Source: Chrysomallon squamiferum (lineage: Eukaryota > Animalia > Mollusca). From it: a DNA stretch of 64,000 bases. Positions 1 to 15,131 of the stretch are shown here, in pieces. The stretch spans positions 25,792,001 to 25,856,000 of the forward strand of contig CM022672.1 in NCBI GenBank assembly GCA_012295275.1. Reading direction: 5' to 3'. The first letter of the stretch is position 1. Each line of letters begins with the position of its first letter. The notes under the pieces were generated by a model. That model was given only the letters and a program-made list of their open reading frames with translations. It had not been told where the DNA came from and ran no database searches. The translations under genes were made by a program, and so were the position numbers.

Positions 1-179
1 AAACACTTCAACAAACGTAGGCTGTGTGGTGGTAATGAGCCATCTCCAGTCGTGTGGAACATCAATTTAAAACAGTTTTTCTGTTTGCTGAAAAACACTT
101 TCACATGACTGACACCGGCTTCGACCATGCGTGAAGTCTGAAAAGCCAGCACTAATAAAGTGAACACACCGGGCTTCAT
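1..179 (-). CDS. Possible 5' end of a divergent minus-strand gene (signal-peptide-like), truncated by the window edge
   Basis: ATG at 179 opens MKPGVFTLLVLAFQTSRMVEAGVSHVKVFFSKQKNCFKLMFHTTGDGSLPPHSLRLLKC with no stop before the edge. An acceptor-like gtgttgcag lies at 276. I recognise no homology. Confidence 0.25.
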   Translation of the reverse strand, partial: MKPGVFTLLVLAFQTSRMVEAGVSHVKVFFSKQKNCFKLMFHTTGDGSLPPHSLRLLKC

Positions 180-450
180 AGACCAACCCGTATTGACTCC
201 TACCCACACTTTGATCGACAAACCTGGAACATGTTTAACAACATCTTTGATAAAAGTGTCACGAGAAACCAATTACTGCAACACGATAATTAGTTAAAGT
301 TCATAACACTAACCTCGTTACTCTGATTTAGTCAAATGTACTCTACTTTTGTTGTGCGAGTCGGGCCTGAATAATAAATGCTGACATTTTTATATTTTTA
401 TTTTCATGTTAAAGATTAGAAGAAAAAAAAAAAATAATAACAATAAATTA

Positions 451-553
<103 letters not shown>

Positions 554-1458
554 AATTAATTAATTAAAATTAAATAATCGCCATTTTGGATATTAAATAT
601 TATGCATTTTTGTATCAGACAGTTCAGAAGTTAACACTTATATTTGGAAAGTTTTAAATACTAATTCATTGTTTAATCTTTAAAAAAGAAGAAGAAGAAG
701 ATAAAAAACAGAAGTAATTAAGATAATGGCGGAGTAACTCATCGCTGAGGTGAATGTCTGTACGCAGTAACTTAATAACTTGGCACGGAAAATTTAACAT
801 GACGTCACAACAACGTAGTAAGTATACCACCTGCAGTTTAGTCTTCAACAGCGTAGCACGTCAAATGCGTACGGTATACTAACCTGTATGGTCACCCGTT
901 ATAAGCAGACGGCAAGCGTTTATAAAGATCTCATGGAGCGGCAAATAACGTAAATAATGTGATACAAATTATAAACAAAATAAAGCGTTTGATACAAGAC
1001 CACACCACAGGCAAACTTAGAAACATCTTCAATCTGGCTCTTCAAATTTGAATAAGTATGAACAGAGTTGTAAAAATATGCGTCATAAAAAAAAAAAGTG
1101 TTATGTAACAGCGGGTGTTAACGTTACACATAAGGAAAAAAATGACCATATATGTATAGATGTAATAATCATTCTTTATAAATTGTTTATATCGTAAGGT
1201 TTTAGGAATTTCATGAATCCTCGTGCTGACTGCAAAACTTACCATGGGTGAGAATCTAAATTTGTTACAATTCGAGATAGCATTACACAACCACAGAAAT
1301 ATATTTTTATTTATTTTAATTCTTTGTATTATGACAGAATCCATTAAGCTAAACAATACAGGAGACGTCAAGACAGTTGAGAGAAAAAAAAAAAAAAAAA
1401 AAAAAAAAGTGAGAATGAAAAGAAATTTGAAAGATATAGAGAAAGGCGTCTTAATAAG

Positions 1459-1489
<31 letters not shown>

Positions 1490-1771
1490 AACAAAAATAA
1501 AATATCTTCAAGCAGATATATAAGTTTGAAGCACAGTCTTTCTCAAACGGCTGTGCAGTAGTTTAGAGAACATCTTTAAAAACATACGCATAATTAAAAT
1601 AAAGAACACTTTGCACAGCGTGTTGTGCCTTTTATCTTAGTTCAGCCGTACGCGGAATTAATCAGTGATACGAGTGCTTCTGCACTGAAGTAAAAAAAAA
1701 AAAAAAATAAATAAAAATAAAATAAAAATAAATTAAATAAATAAAAGATAGGAAAAAAGCAAAGAAGCCAA

Positions 1772-1803
<32 letters not shown>

Positions 1804-2185
1804 AAAATAAATAAATAAATAAATAAACATAAATAAGAAGAAGAAGAAAGAAAGAAAGATAAAAGAAGAATGAATGAAAGAAAAAAGTTAAAGGTTAACG
1901 TAGAAGGGAAAAATTTCCTTTAATATAGAAATACAGAAAATGCGCTTTGAAATGTAGAAATTTAATAGTATAAATAATGACTGTTCTAAATACAGATCTT
2001 CAGTATTTTGAATAATAATATTTTATTTTTCAACTTCTTTATCATTTACAAATTTGAAAATGTGGACCTAAGAACTGCAGTGATTAAAAGTAATAATCTA
2101 TGCACAATATACAACACACGATATATTCCACACACCAACATAATCTCTCATACTTAGTTTAACTTAATTATATATAAATGAACTG

Positions 2186-2221
<36 letters not shown>

Positions 2222-2486
2222 TAGTTTCTTTACTGGATCCAAACAGAACCTTCTGTCGGCTGTATGCCATTTCGATTTAGTATGTATCGTGGAGAAACGA
2301 TGCAGAGAGATAGTTTATCTTTTAACAGGTATTTCTGGCCCATCAGAATCTACTTCACACATTGTTTTGTACCTTAACTTTCAATAAATATCAAGTTATT
2401 CTACACAAATTATCAGATTTGGTGAAGATTTGGATTTGATCCAACGCACGAATCATTTTTTTCGTTTTGTTGAGGTTCTTGGTTCC

Positions 2487-2563
<77 letters not shown>

Positions 2564-3379
2564 CAAATGAATGCATGTATAGTGTGTATGTATCTAGTAT
2601 GGGAATGTATGTATCTATGTTTTTGGGAAATATATACACACACACATATATGTTTTATACACACAAATATAAATAAATACATACACATAAATATATATAT
2701 ATACACACACACACACACATTCAAATAAATACACACAGACACACACGCACACTCATAAGTATGATCTGTATGTTTTATAAGAGTGTGAATGCTTTTATAC
2801 ATATATCTTATTCCACATAATTCATATGATTTTACATAAAACCATTTTAATGATATGAATTCAGTGTTTTAATTAACAGCCTGTATGTTGTTCATCTGTC
2901 AGTTGGTTTATCTGGGTCTCTAGCTGAATCAGTGATATCTAAATTAACCTGCGTCTTTTTGTCCGTCCTACGTATCTTTTTAACTGTATAACACGCATGC
3001 GCGCATGTACACATATAACAGTCCATGCACGGGTTTCTAAATTTGCACGTTTCTAAAGCTTTGCTCTTCGTAATTAAACAGACAGACACAAAGTAACACA
3101 GCGATGAAGATGATAAATGAATTTTTAAAATATAATATTGTAGCATGAAGTTAAAAAGAGGCTTTATCTCATAGCAGTTAAAATGTCGGGCATTTTTGTT
3201 TGCCCGAGATAATAACTAATTAAGTATGCTGCCCAGGAAAAAAATTGGTTGAGAATTCGACATATTTTCTTCTTCTTCTTCTTCTTCTTATTATTATTAT
3301 CATTAATACTATTGTTGTTGTTGTTTTTTTTGTTTTTATTGTAGTTGTTATTACTATTAGTGTTTTAATCCTAAATTAA

Positions 3380-3436
<57 letters not shown>

Positions 3437-3722
3437 TAATAATAATAGTTTAGAGTAAGAGAAAAGATAGTAGACAAAACAGAGAAATAAGCGGCAAAAA
3501 CAAAAGAAATTAAAAATATCCGAAATTAACATATATAAACATAGGACCCAAATAGCTCTGTGTTATAAACAGAGTCGTAGTAAACAGTAAAAAGAATGTT
3601 AAGATGTCTGGTGACATTTATACGCGAAACTCTTTAACAATGAAAGGTTTGTTATTATTATTTCTCTTCTCTCCCACTGATTTCTGTTTTACACATCTTC
3701 CACATTTTAACATCTGTACGTC

Positions 3723-3793
<71 letters not shown>

Positions 3794-4177
3794 CTGTTCG
3801 TGTGTGTAACATAAAATTTTATCTGAAGGTTTTAGAATTAATAAGGTTATATTTTATCAGTCAAAAAATTAATGAATGTTAGTTTAATGTTTTAAGCCTT
3901 CGGACAATAATAATGCAACACAATAAAAAACTAAACAAAAAACAAGTGTATATACACACATCACTGTTTTTGTTTCTACATATATTATTCAATAATATAC
4001 ATAAATAGTCCACCCCCATATATATATATATTTGAATATGTATGTGTCTGCGTGCGTGCGTGCGTTTAGTAGTTAGGGAACATTATACGGTATTTATATA
4101 TATACTCTTTACTGAGAGATTAATATTCTGATCTATAATTTATACTTGTATTATGTGAGTGTTAATAAATTATCTGT

Positions 4178-4265
<88 letters not shown>

Positions 4266-4899
4266 CATTTATTTAAAAACGTAATTTGTATAGTTTCTAT
4301 TAAATTTGTTCCTATCATTTTATTATGCATTCTAGTTGTAACAAAATTCAGATGCTAACGAAACTAATTTTGGTTATTTCGGAAGCGTTACATTCAACTG
4401 GCGCTATCTATTACAAGAAAAAGCGCAAACCTATCAAACTGATCTTTTCATTTAGTCATCTATTTTTAAACAGTTATTTTTCATTACAGAGTAAAAATAC
4501 ACGCATAATTATTCCTATTGCTATTACGTCTACTTCTGCTACTACTACTATCTATAATAATAATACTGCTGCTGCCACTACAACTGTATAATAACTACAT
4601 TTACTACCACCACCACCATTACCACCAATACAATTACTATAACAACTGCTACTTTTACTAGTATTTCTACTATTACTACACAGTTAGTGCTAATAATAGT
4701 TCTTCTACTGCTACTATTACAAATAGTATTACTAGTACTGATACAACTTCTATTAGTACTACTACTACTACTACTGCAGTTACTAGAACAGCTACTACTG
4801 TTTCAACTGCTGCTAATAATAACAGTACTTTGTTTTCCTTTATGAATAGCCATATATTATTTCTGAAATACAACAACAATAATTTTTGTAAACAACATG

Positions 4900-5322
4900 A
4901 ACTATTTCGCAATCTTGCAGAACACTGACTGGAAAGACAGGCTCATGACATTTCGGAAACGGCGGTAGATGCGAACGCGGGTATTGCCTTACGACGGGGT
5001 CGCTCAATTAGTGATGTGTGGGCGTTAAATTCATCGCATGTAATGTAGGAACCTCATAATATCCGAGGGCAAAAACCACAAGCCAAAACAATCAAAGGTC
5101 AGCATCAGCGCGGTTTTGATTACGGTGCCAGATTAAATGTGCATGTTTATTTGTTTTGAGGAATAACTGTAATACTGATACCCGAGTTGTCACCCCTCAG
5201 AAAAGTTTGGAACCGTCTGTCAGCGGTACCAAGAAGGTGGCGCTTGGAGGTGTTTTTTTTTTTCTTTACTTTTTTTCCTCGTTGTTTTTTCGTATCGATT
5301 ACAATCTTTTGGAAGAGAGAGG

Positions 5323-5354
<32 letters not shown>

Positions 5355-5614
5355 GAGTCATTCATCTGATGGTCTGCGGAGAAAAATATTGACAACACTG
5401 AGAAAAGGTTAAAGGTATTCCTGAAAGAGATCAAAGTTGTCGAAAAAAAAAAAAAACGTTGAGCGGCAGAAAACCGCAATTTTGATATATTTCACGCGCA
5501 TACTTGCAGACGAGAGTTTGTGAGTGCCATGGACGAGCGTTAACAGAAACCACTTGTTAGTCGTTACGCGAGGGACATAAACAATTAGTGAGTGGGGTGC
5601 CTGACTCGGTAAAC
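4900..5614 (+). promoter_or_regulatory. CpG-rich putative distal promoter and 5' UTR
   Basis: Visibly high CpG density compared with the downstream 50 kb, directly upstream of the 5615 ATG exon. A CRE at 5810 lies just inside the putative intron. Confidence 0.5.
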
Positions 5615-5686
5615 ATGGCTCGGAGAATCAGAAGAAACAAGTGGAAAATTGACATAGGATGCGACTATCTTGACCGAGAAGATTCC
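5615..5686 (+). CDS. Candidate distal first coding exon of the RGS gene (MARRIRRNKWKIDIGCDYLDREDS)
   Basis: Strong context aaacATGG, 24 open codons, then TCC|gtgagt (phase 0, compatible with the 50037 acceptor). It sits at the end of a CpG-rich stretch, and CpG depletion begins shortly downstream. The link across 44 kb is inferred. Confidence 0.65.
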
Positions 5687-8256
5687 GTGAGTAAAGTTAT
5701 ACAAAATAATATTTTTTGAAATAAGTTTGAGTTAGGGATGTTTATAAAATATCTCGTGATATATAAATAAATGACCAAAAGGTGGTTCTCCCATGGTGTC
5801 GTTAAATGTTGACGTCATTAATTGTGAACAGATGTAATTATGACATCACCATTCAAACTTACAGGCGTACGTGTAGACTGAATACTTTTTTTTTTCTTCT
5901 TTTCTTTTTAACTATTTGCTTTAAAAGTAAGCATGAATTGTGCAAACAAAATTGTAACTGTTTAGGTATGAAATTTTTCGTTATATTCTTGCATTTAAAC
6001 TTTCTTAAGAGGCAAATAAATAATGGTCACAGAATCAAAGAACCTTGCAGTTAATATGACGTAAAAATCGGACAGTTACGTGTATGCAGAAATATAAAAT
6101 ATTCCGCTTGTTAACAGTGTATGTTTTTATTTCCATAATGTTTAGATAGAAACTGAATCCAGCCAATGATAACAGGTCAACAGCAAAACACAGCAGGGCA
6201 TATAACTGTTCCGTACACAATTAATGTAAAGGTTAATTGCTTTCAGAATGTTTCTTGTCGTAAATCTTATATATCTCTTCATGTAAACAAATCTAATTAA
6301 CAGAATTAATTATATTTTGAGTTACTTCATTGAAATGTTTGTATTTTTATGATCTTTTGAGAAGTGCGTACAAGTTGATTTCATTCCGAAATAATAATAT
6401 AGATGTAACTAATGAAAAAAAAAAAAAAAAAAAATTTTTAAAAAGAAAAGAAAAAGAAAAAGACAAAAAAAAAAAAAAATAATTATAATTGTTTTTATTT
6501 AGAGTTTATTTATTATTTATGTATAGTCTTTATTATTATTATTATTTTTTTTTTTTTTTTTACTTGTATGTTATAAGTGTGTGATGGGTGTTTTGTGCCT
6601 TATAAAACTACATAACATTTACAGAAAAAAAAAAATAGAGGTGCAGTATTTTTGAAAGTACATTTCTAGTAACAAAGATTTGACTCTTTCGAGTTCACTT
6701 CAGGTGTACAGTGTTTCATTTTTAAGAAATGGTTCGAGATTTGGCAGGTTGTCAAGTCATAAAGTGAAAATAAATTTGTTCTTGGCTGCCTGTTACATGT
6801 TGCAGGATCTGCAGTCCTTTATCTTCTTAGCTTAAACAATACTTTCATTTATTTATTTATTTTAATTATTTTTTTATCTTTTTACATTTTTTCCTATTTT
6901 TTCCTATTTTAAATTTTTTTTTAGTGTGATTTTTTAATGCGAATCAAAAAATTATATTTGTTTATTATATATATATATATAAAAAAAACATTTTTCACAT
7001 TAAGAAATCATTGTAAAAAGATAATAATAAATGAAAGTTCTTTTTTTTATAATATATATGTATTTTCATCATTTTAAATAGATTTTAATGGACAAACAAA
7101 TGTAACTTTTAATTTTCATAAGAAATCATGTATAATTCATTTAATTTTAAGAAATAAATTTTTAAGCTCATTTTATTATTGTTTATATCTTTTATTTCTG
7201 TTTTAGTCTTAAAATGAGCTATTAATATTATTTTATGAAATTCAGACTACACAACTGTCATTATAGTAATTATTTTAATTTACAAAAATGCAGTTTGTTT
7301 TGCATTAATTGAAATTATCTATTTACAGCAAATAAATATTGTTTTGAATTAATTGTGAATATAATGCTAAATTTATTTAAAACAATTGTCCATATTTATA
7401 TCAATATAATAAACAAAACAGTGGTCATTATCTGGAATTACTTAAGACCTTTTATTTAAAATGTTTGTGTTTATTTCAGTAACATACAATTTTCAATAAA
7501 ATATCAACATTGAGAATTCATATATTCTTAAATATAAAACTTTTACAACTCACTTTAGTATAATAATAATAATAATAATAATAACAATAATAATAATAAC
7601 AATAATAACAATAATAATAATTAATTGATCAATTAATCATTATTAATTTATGAAAAGTCTAAATTGCTATGTCATATATGGAAATGGAATAAAGCTGAAA
7701 CGTTTATTTTAAACTGTTCTCTCATTAATCTCCACACCTTTTGTGACGTTATTAGCTCAAGCCTGGGAGCACTGGTAATTTTTATCCCATTAGCTCTTCA
7801 CCGGATTGTCATCCCCTCATCTCTCCGACTTGCTTCATTTATCTTACATGAAATAACCCGGGCTTGCCCGAGGGTTACAAATACTCGTTACAGACCGAGC
7901 TGTGATGCAGACGTAAAGCTACTTACGAGAGTTATAATTGAATGGCTTTCGCAGAGAGTTGCTTTCTTGTAGCTCTCCAGCCAGGTGTAGGGGATCATGC
8001 AGAGCCTCTGGAGAATAACTCCAGTTTGCGTCAGTGGTGCTAAGAATAGGCTGGTGCCATGGCCCGGAGCCATTTTGGTTTTGTGCCAACTTGTTGCAGA
8101 CATCAAGTTTGAATGAGGTTTTCAGTGTGTTTGAATCTTGTGTCTGCAATGACATCATTACTGATTTTTTTTTTTCACAAGTCCTGCTTCATCTCAAATG
8201 TTCTCGCTTGACTTTTTCTTCTTTTTCTTCATTTTCTTCAAATTTTTTTTAAGGGC

Positions 8257-8291
<35 letters not shown>

Positions 8292-9943
8292 GTTGTTGTT
8301 GTTTTTTTTTTTTTTTTTTTTGGGGAAATAATAAATGGAACTTTGAGAGAAAACAAAAATGAAAGTAATAGATTTTTGTTTAATGTAAAGAACTGAAATG
8401 TGAAACTGTTTTCATTAATTCAACTTTTATTTGTTGTTGTTTATGTAAAGAATTTTCTTCATAGAAAAATAAAATATGATGACAATTATAGAAAAGGAAG
8501 GAAGACAAGCAGAGAAATAACAAAATAAATATAACTGTTTGAAGGTGTCAATACCATAGCAGTCCAAAATATTTGTGAATATCTGTAAATAAACAGACAT
8601 AAATTACTGGTATTTTATCAAAGTAATTAAAATTGTTTTATATTTCTTTCATGTAAATTATATTTTCTTTCTTTCTTTAATTTTTTTTTTTTTTTTTTTT
8701 TTTAATCATCTAAAGTTCTTTTTCCTTCCAGTTATGTCACAGTACTTCTAACAAACAAACAAACAAATAAAAAATCCACAAAACTTCCACAAAAATTTAC
8801 AAATTATCAGTGACAAAAAGAATTCTTGAGTACACTTTTCCAAGTCACTCCACAAATATGTTGTGGTATTTTCTATCTTCACTTTTTAAATGTATTTTTC
8901 CTTTAAATATTTTCTTTTGGGCTTGTCTTAGGTTTGGTAAATATTAATAAATTTTATGAGAATATGCACTAAAGTCAGTCTGCACCAAAAACAAACCAGG
9001 TAACTGCTAATATCATTGTACTCGAGTGCAAACAGTCCAGCTGAAAAACAGCAAGACTGTTATGTAAATGAAAGATGAAGCATTGCATAACTTTCGTACC
9101 AAATCATAAGCCATGTTATTACAGTGGCATTGATGTTAATGGTAAAAAAAAAAAAAAAAAAAAAATAAAAACAAGAAACAGAGAAATAGCTCAAACTGAT
9201 ACATGTAACATGTTGGCATTGCTGATGGTAATTTGTGGTACCTGCCAAATGAAGCAGATACATTATGTACTCAGTGTAGCTCTCTGTCTCCTGTTTTTCT
9301 CAAACGTCACTTAAAACAAACAAACTTCTTTAGTCATTCCTGGAATGTGCAGGATATCAGAGGATGAGATATTAATTTAGTGCTTGTATGAATAGAATTA
9401 TAGTTTGTGCATTTTTCTGGTTGTTTTTTATATACCGGAGCTTACATTCTGTTTTTGTATTAAAAAGAAAAAAACCAATATTCTGGCTCATAATTCAGTT
9501 GGCAAATTTTTATTAAAACTGCTACTGTCATCATCGTTATCATTATCATCATAATTATCATTATCAATATCATCATCAATAGCATTACTATCATAAATAG
9601 TATTATCATCATTATTAATATCAATCATTTTGTTGAACAAAGAAAATAGTTTCATCTTTTGTACATACTTGCAACATCAGTGCAGCTGAAACTCATTTCA
9701 ACTACCAAACAGAACAATAAAATTTCAAATTTATATGTATATATGTGTCTGTGTCTGTGTGTGTGTGTGTGGTTTCAGAACTCAATTTCAATCTCATAAT
9801 TATTGACTTTGTGACTTCAAAAGTTGATTATAATTAATATTTTTTTTTATTTCAAATAACATTAGTTTTTACCTTTGTTGCCATAAATTTGTAATAATAT
9901 TTTTTTCATATCAGATATATAATATGATTTATTTCTCAATTGA

Positions 9944-10051
<108 letters not shown>

Positions 10052-10603
10052 GCTAACCACTTTTCCCTTTGTTACATTTTTATCCATCATGTTTGTAAAG
10101 TTGTTAAACATTTTCAATTGTTTCATGTCCTCCAAACAATGCAGACTTTCATCATCAGCTAGAAATGGTTGTGTTAATAAGATTCCTGTATGAACAGCCA
10201 AACATGTGGTCAGTAAATGATGATGTAAACAAATACAGACAATAACTAAACCTGTGAATTAACAGAAACCAACGTCTGAATTAACACAAGTAATCAGTGT
10301 AAAAAATAGCTACAAACGTAAAATGTAAATTATTTTTAAAAATGTACACACCATGCAGTACACTGTTGTTGTTGTTGTGGTTGTTTGTTGTTTCTAAATA
10401 TTTTGTATGCACAGCTGAAGTCTGGACCAGAAGTAGACTTTTCAAAGAAAACAAAAATGAACTGGGTCCACACACATTGTGTTTACCAGTGGAAAAAAGA
10501 GAAGAAACATGGTTCTTAATTGGCATAAAAAACATTATCTAAAATTTACTAGATGTTTAAGAAAGCCACCATATGCATATAAAAATAATGTGTGTCTGTG
10601 TGT

Positions 10604-10646
<43 letters not shown>

Positions 10647-11293
10647 TGTGTGTGTGTGTGTGTGTGTGTGTACGTGTTTGTATATGCATGTGTGGATAGA
10701 TATTTATAATTTTTAATGTCATTTATTTCTGTAGAAAATGATTACAAGAGTATATCTTGAATTCAGTTACAGACATTATCAAATTGTTGGTTGCTACCAA
10801 AAGTTGATTTATTCAGCTGTATAATTATATCAAATGGAAAACACATTTGTGGTTCAGTTACAAATACTGATCAGTTTTCTTCATTAACTCTAAATAAAAC
10901 TTTAACTGCAGTTTGTGCTGGTTCAGGATGTGTCAAAACCCCCACAAAACAAACCTTAAATGGTTGCAACCATTTATCATTTCTGTAATAGAGATTTTAT
11001 CAGTGCAAATGTTCTATGTAAACTGAGTCATCAAGTATTTTGCTTTAGAAGTTTTAATCTAGTTTGCTTTGTTGAGTGTATTTTGTTTTAAATTGTTTTA
11101 TATATATTATTTGATTAAATTCTGTCTTAATTATGTTTATTTTATTTGGATTTTAAGACATTTCAAAATATTTTATTAAATTTAAAAATGTTTTATTTAG
11201 GTAAATTTAACTTCTTTTATTTATTTGCTAGATTTATTTTATAGATTTTTTCCATCTTTAAATATATGTGTATACTAGTAGTAGTAGTAGTGG

Positions 11294-11454
11294 TAATAAT
11301 ATAACAATAATGATAATGGTGATAATTACAGAATAACAGCAATAATTATAGTTTAGAAAAATAAAATGAAATCCCTCATAAATTAAAACAGAACTACTAA
11401 TATTACTACTACAATAACAACAGCTATCACTACTACTATTGCCACAAACACACA

Positions 11455-11504
<50 letters not shown>

Positions 11505-12206
11505 TATTTATTTAACTCACACACAGTTTTCTAAACATGTTTTCCCTGAAAGATATTATCACCAGAAAGTAAACACTTTTAAAAAACTTCCATGCTGGAA
11601 ACCTTCTTCTTTGAAATTAGCTGCCAGATCTTATGAAGGTTGTTATTGCAGGGGGTTGTTTTTTTTTTTCAGTGAAAAGGCAAAACCTAATTACGTGAAT
11701 AATAAAAGTGAGTAGAAAAAAGTGTTTTAGCAGGACATCATCATTAGCCCATGCTGTTCTGTCTGCAACGTGTGGTAACATCTCCTGGCTCGCTGGCCGC
11801 TAACATGCACATGTCAGTTAATCATGTCAAGATTCTGCCAATACTGTTGTGTTAGCCTGCTCATGTATAAAAACAGACAGATGTTTGATGATGATGATGA
11901 TGATGATGATGACAGTGACTGTTATTACAGTAATTAATAGTAGCAGTTGCAATGATAATAATGACTGTGATTATTGTTGTTGGTAGTAGTTGTAATGGTA
12001 GTGGTCATAGCAGTAGTAATGACAGTAGTGGTAGTGGTAGTAGTTGTTGTGGTAGTAGCAGCAGTAGTGGTGCTGGTGGTGGTAGTAGTAATAGTTCTGT
12101 TTTAATTTAGGTGGAATTTTATTTGTGTTTTAAAATAATTTTTCTGAGACTTAATTATTGCTGCTATTCTGTAATTTTCACCATTATCATCATTGTTATA
12201 TTATTA
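11294..12206. repeat. Inverted repeat: ~120-bp arms (11294-11412 and 12082-12206) with a ~670-bp spacer
   Basis: The reverse complement of the left arm (...TAGTTCTGTTTTAATTTA...AATTATTGCTGTTATTCTGTAATTATCACCATTATCATTATTGTTATATTATTA) aligns to the right arm. The same peptide NYCCYSVI.TIIIIVILL appears in opposite-strand ORFs. Confidence 0.88.
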
Positions 12207-12265
12207 GAATCATTACTAGTTGTACTACTATTGTTATTATTGTTCCTGTTGTTATTATTATTATC

Positions 12266-12313
<48 letters not shown>

Positions 12314-13277
12314 TCATTGTAACTGATTTTATTTTTCCCTTCCTGGGGATTAATGAAATCTTTCATTTTTCCTCGTGATACTATGATTTCAACACATTTT
12401 GCAGCCCTACTAGCTATCTTCTCTTCAAAAACATGCTATATTTAATTTGTTATTTTTCTTGGATGTTTTGCACTTGTTCTAACTCATAACCACTTAAGAC
12501 TAATTTATACATTTAACAGAGAAGAGATAAAAAAAAAGGAAAGAAAGAAAGAACTGGCAGCTCACAGAGCAGTTTGCTGTGGGGTGAAAAGATTACACTT
12601 CTCATTCTGTGCATTGGGTTTACACCAGCCTGCACTCACACTAGTACACTGGTTGTAACGAATCAGTTAAATTAATCTGTCAGTCTCACTCTTTTCACTT
12701 CAATAAAAAAAAAAAAGTTTTTCTCTCAGCTGATTTCTAACACATGCACTTACATCAGCATACATCTCTTGTTCAAAAACACTCTCACTCTCCTCTTCTC
12801 ATCTATGAAGAGAGAGATTTTTTTTTTTTTTTTAAATAAATAAATTAGAAATACTTCTTCGATAGGTTCCTTCGAGGATGTAAACCAGATATAAAACCGA
12901 GCAGTCGAGACCTGCCTCTCTAAACTTACTAAATTTAGATGTTGCCGACAGTAAATATATTTTATTCCCTCTTTAATGGCTCCTTGCTAAATGATGTTCT
13001 CTGATAAACGGCGGTCAGGGGAATTACGTTGAGGGAATAGTGGCTGGGCTGGTGTGGTCAGTGTAATTCAGAATGGAGAGGGATTATTGAAAGCTCGACT
13101 GGAAATGGCAGATAAACTGCTGTAATGAAATAAATACACCATTTACCAGTAATGGATTGAAGTGAATACGTGCAAATACGTAAAAACTCAACAGAAATAA
13201 TGAGAAAGTATTTTCTTAGTAAATTTATAAAATTATCAGTTATAGACTTATGTATAATTAAAAAAAGCAACATCCAA

Positions 13278-13309
<32 letters not shown>

Positions 13310-13753
13310 ATCTGTAATATTTGTAATTTAAAAAAAAAAAAAGTAAAAAAAATTATATTATTTTCCTCTAGCATGTAAAGTGCCTGTTCATGCTCAAATT
13401 TATTACATAACATCTAAGAAGATTTTATAGAATATTTTTATACTGTTCTCATGTTGGAGTGTTGTATAGGCTCGAGAGTTTTCTGTCTTTTTTTATATTC
13501 CTTGCTTCACCACTTTTTTCTGTCTTTTTTCATTGTGGGTTTTTTTGTGACACTTGAAACAGACTGTGTCAATGTCCATCTCCAAGTAATTTTCTGTTTC
13601 TTTCCTTCACTCCTTGTCTCTCTGTGGCTCTTCTTTCTCTTTCTTCTTCATTTCTTTTTCTCTCTGTCACTCTGTCATTCTTATGTTCATAATCTTTTTT
13701 CTATTTTTTCTTCCTATCATTATACTCATTTACATATTCTCTGTATTTCTTTT

Positions 13754-13804
<51 letters not shown>

Positions 13805-14899
13805 AATACCCAAGTTAATAGTCAATCATTACATTCTGCAACCACTCAGTAAGTGTGTTTCAGAGAATGAAAAACAAACTACTTGAATGCTAAGTTAATC
13901 TCCATTTGTACAAGTGATTTATAACATCAGATTGCTTGTACTTGCTGCCTGGGATGGGATCGGTTCTAACAGCTGGCTGTGCCAGGTTCTGCCTTTTTGC
14001 ACTTGAATCTCTCATCATTTTGTTTTCGTTCCTTGATTTTCAAATCTCTCAGTTATTTTTTGCAGTGACAAATTTAGCACGATTTCCCAGATTGGAAACA
14101 TAATAATAATAATTAAACAAAATAAATACATAAAATAAAATAAAATGGTTTTCTGTTCAGTTAGTGAATTGTAACGTGGTCAGTGTTAAATTGTAATTTT
14201 ATATGTATCTGTTGTTAGTAGCAAAACAAAGAAATGAATACTGTTTAAGCAGTTCTGACATTTTCTGATATCAAAAATCATAAAAACTTTATTCCATTTA
14301 AAAAAAAAAAAAAAAAAAAATTAATTTTATTTATTTATTTATTTATTTAAATTCTGTTTAAATTCATTTTTCTTTTATTTTTCTTTATTTTCTTTATTTA
14401 TTTTATTTTATTATTTTATTTTATTTTATTTTATTTTATTTTATTTTATTTTATTTTATTTATTTATTTTATTTTATTATTTTATTTTATTTTATTTTAT
14501 TTATTTATTTTTGTTTTGTTACTCATATACTTATGCACAGATATCTGCAGTTTGATTTGATCATGTTTCAGAGTTCTGTAATAAGTTTTTATCACAAACA
14601 AAACAATATGTTTAACAGTTTTTATAAGTGACAGTCATATAGCAGTTAAAATTATATTTAAATGTATTAGTTACAAAATCCTGCAATTAACATAGATATT
14701 AACAAATTTGTTTTTAGTATTTTTGTAATTATTATACTGATATTCTCAAACAAAATATGTGTTTATCACAATTTTTTCTGTTTTGTCTCCAGAAATGTAA
14801 TAGTTATTCCATCTGCCATAATTATTTGATAATAAATATTAATTGAATCTTACAGTTAGTGGATTTTATATAGTCTGTGACAAACTAATTAGGATATTT

Positions 14900-15131
14900 T
14901 ATTGTATTGTATTGTATTATATCATAGTATACTATACTATACTATACTATACTATACTATACTATACTATACTATACTATACTATACTATACTATACTAT
15001 ACTAAACTATACTATACTATACTATACTATACTATACTATACTATACTATACTATACTATATTATATTATACTATATTACATTATATTACATTACATTAT
15101 GTTATGTTATGTTATGTTATGTTGTTATGTT
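14900..15131. repeat. Compound pentanucleotide microsatellite (ATTGT)-(ATACT)n-(ATTAC)-(GTTAT)
   Basis: Read directly. It explains the YYTIL-repeat ORFs. A (TTTTA)n tract lies nearby at about 14375-14510. Confidence 0.95.
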
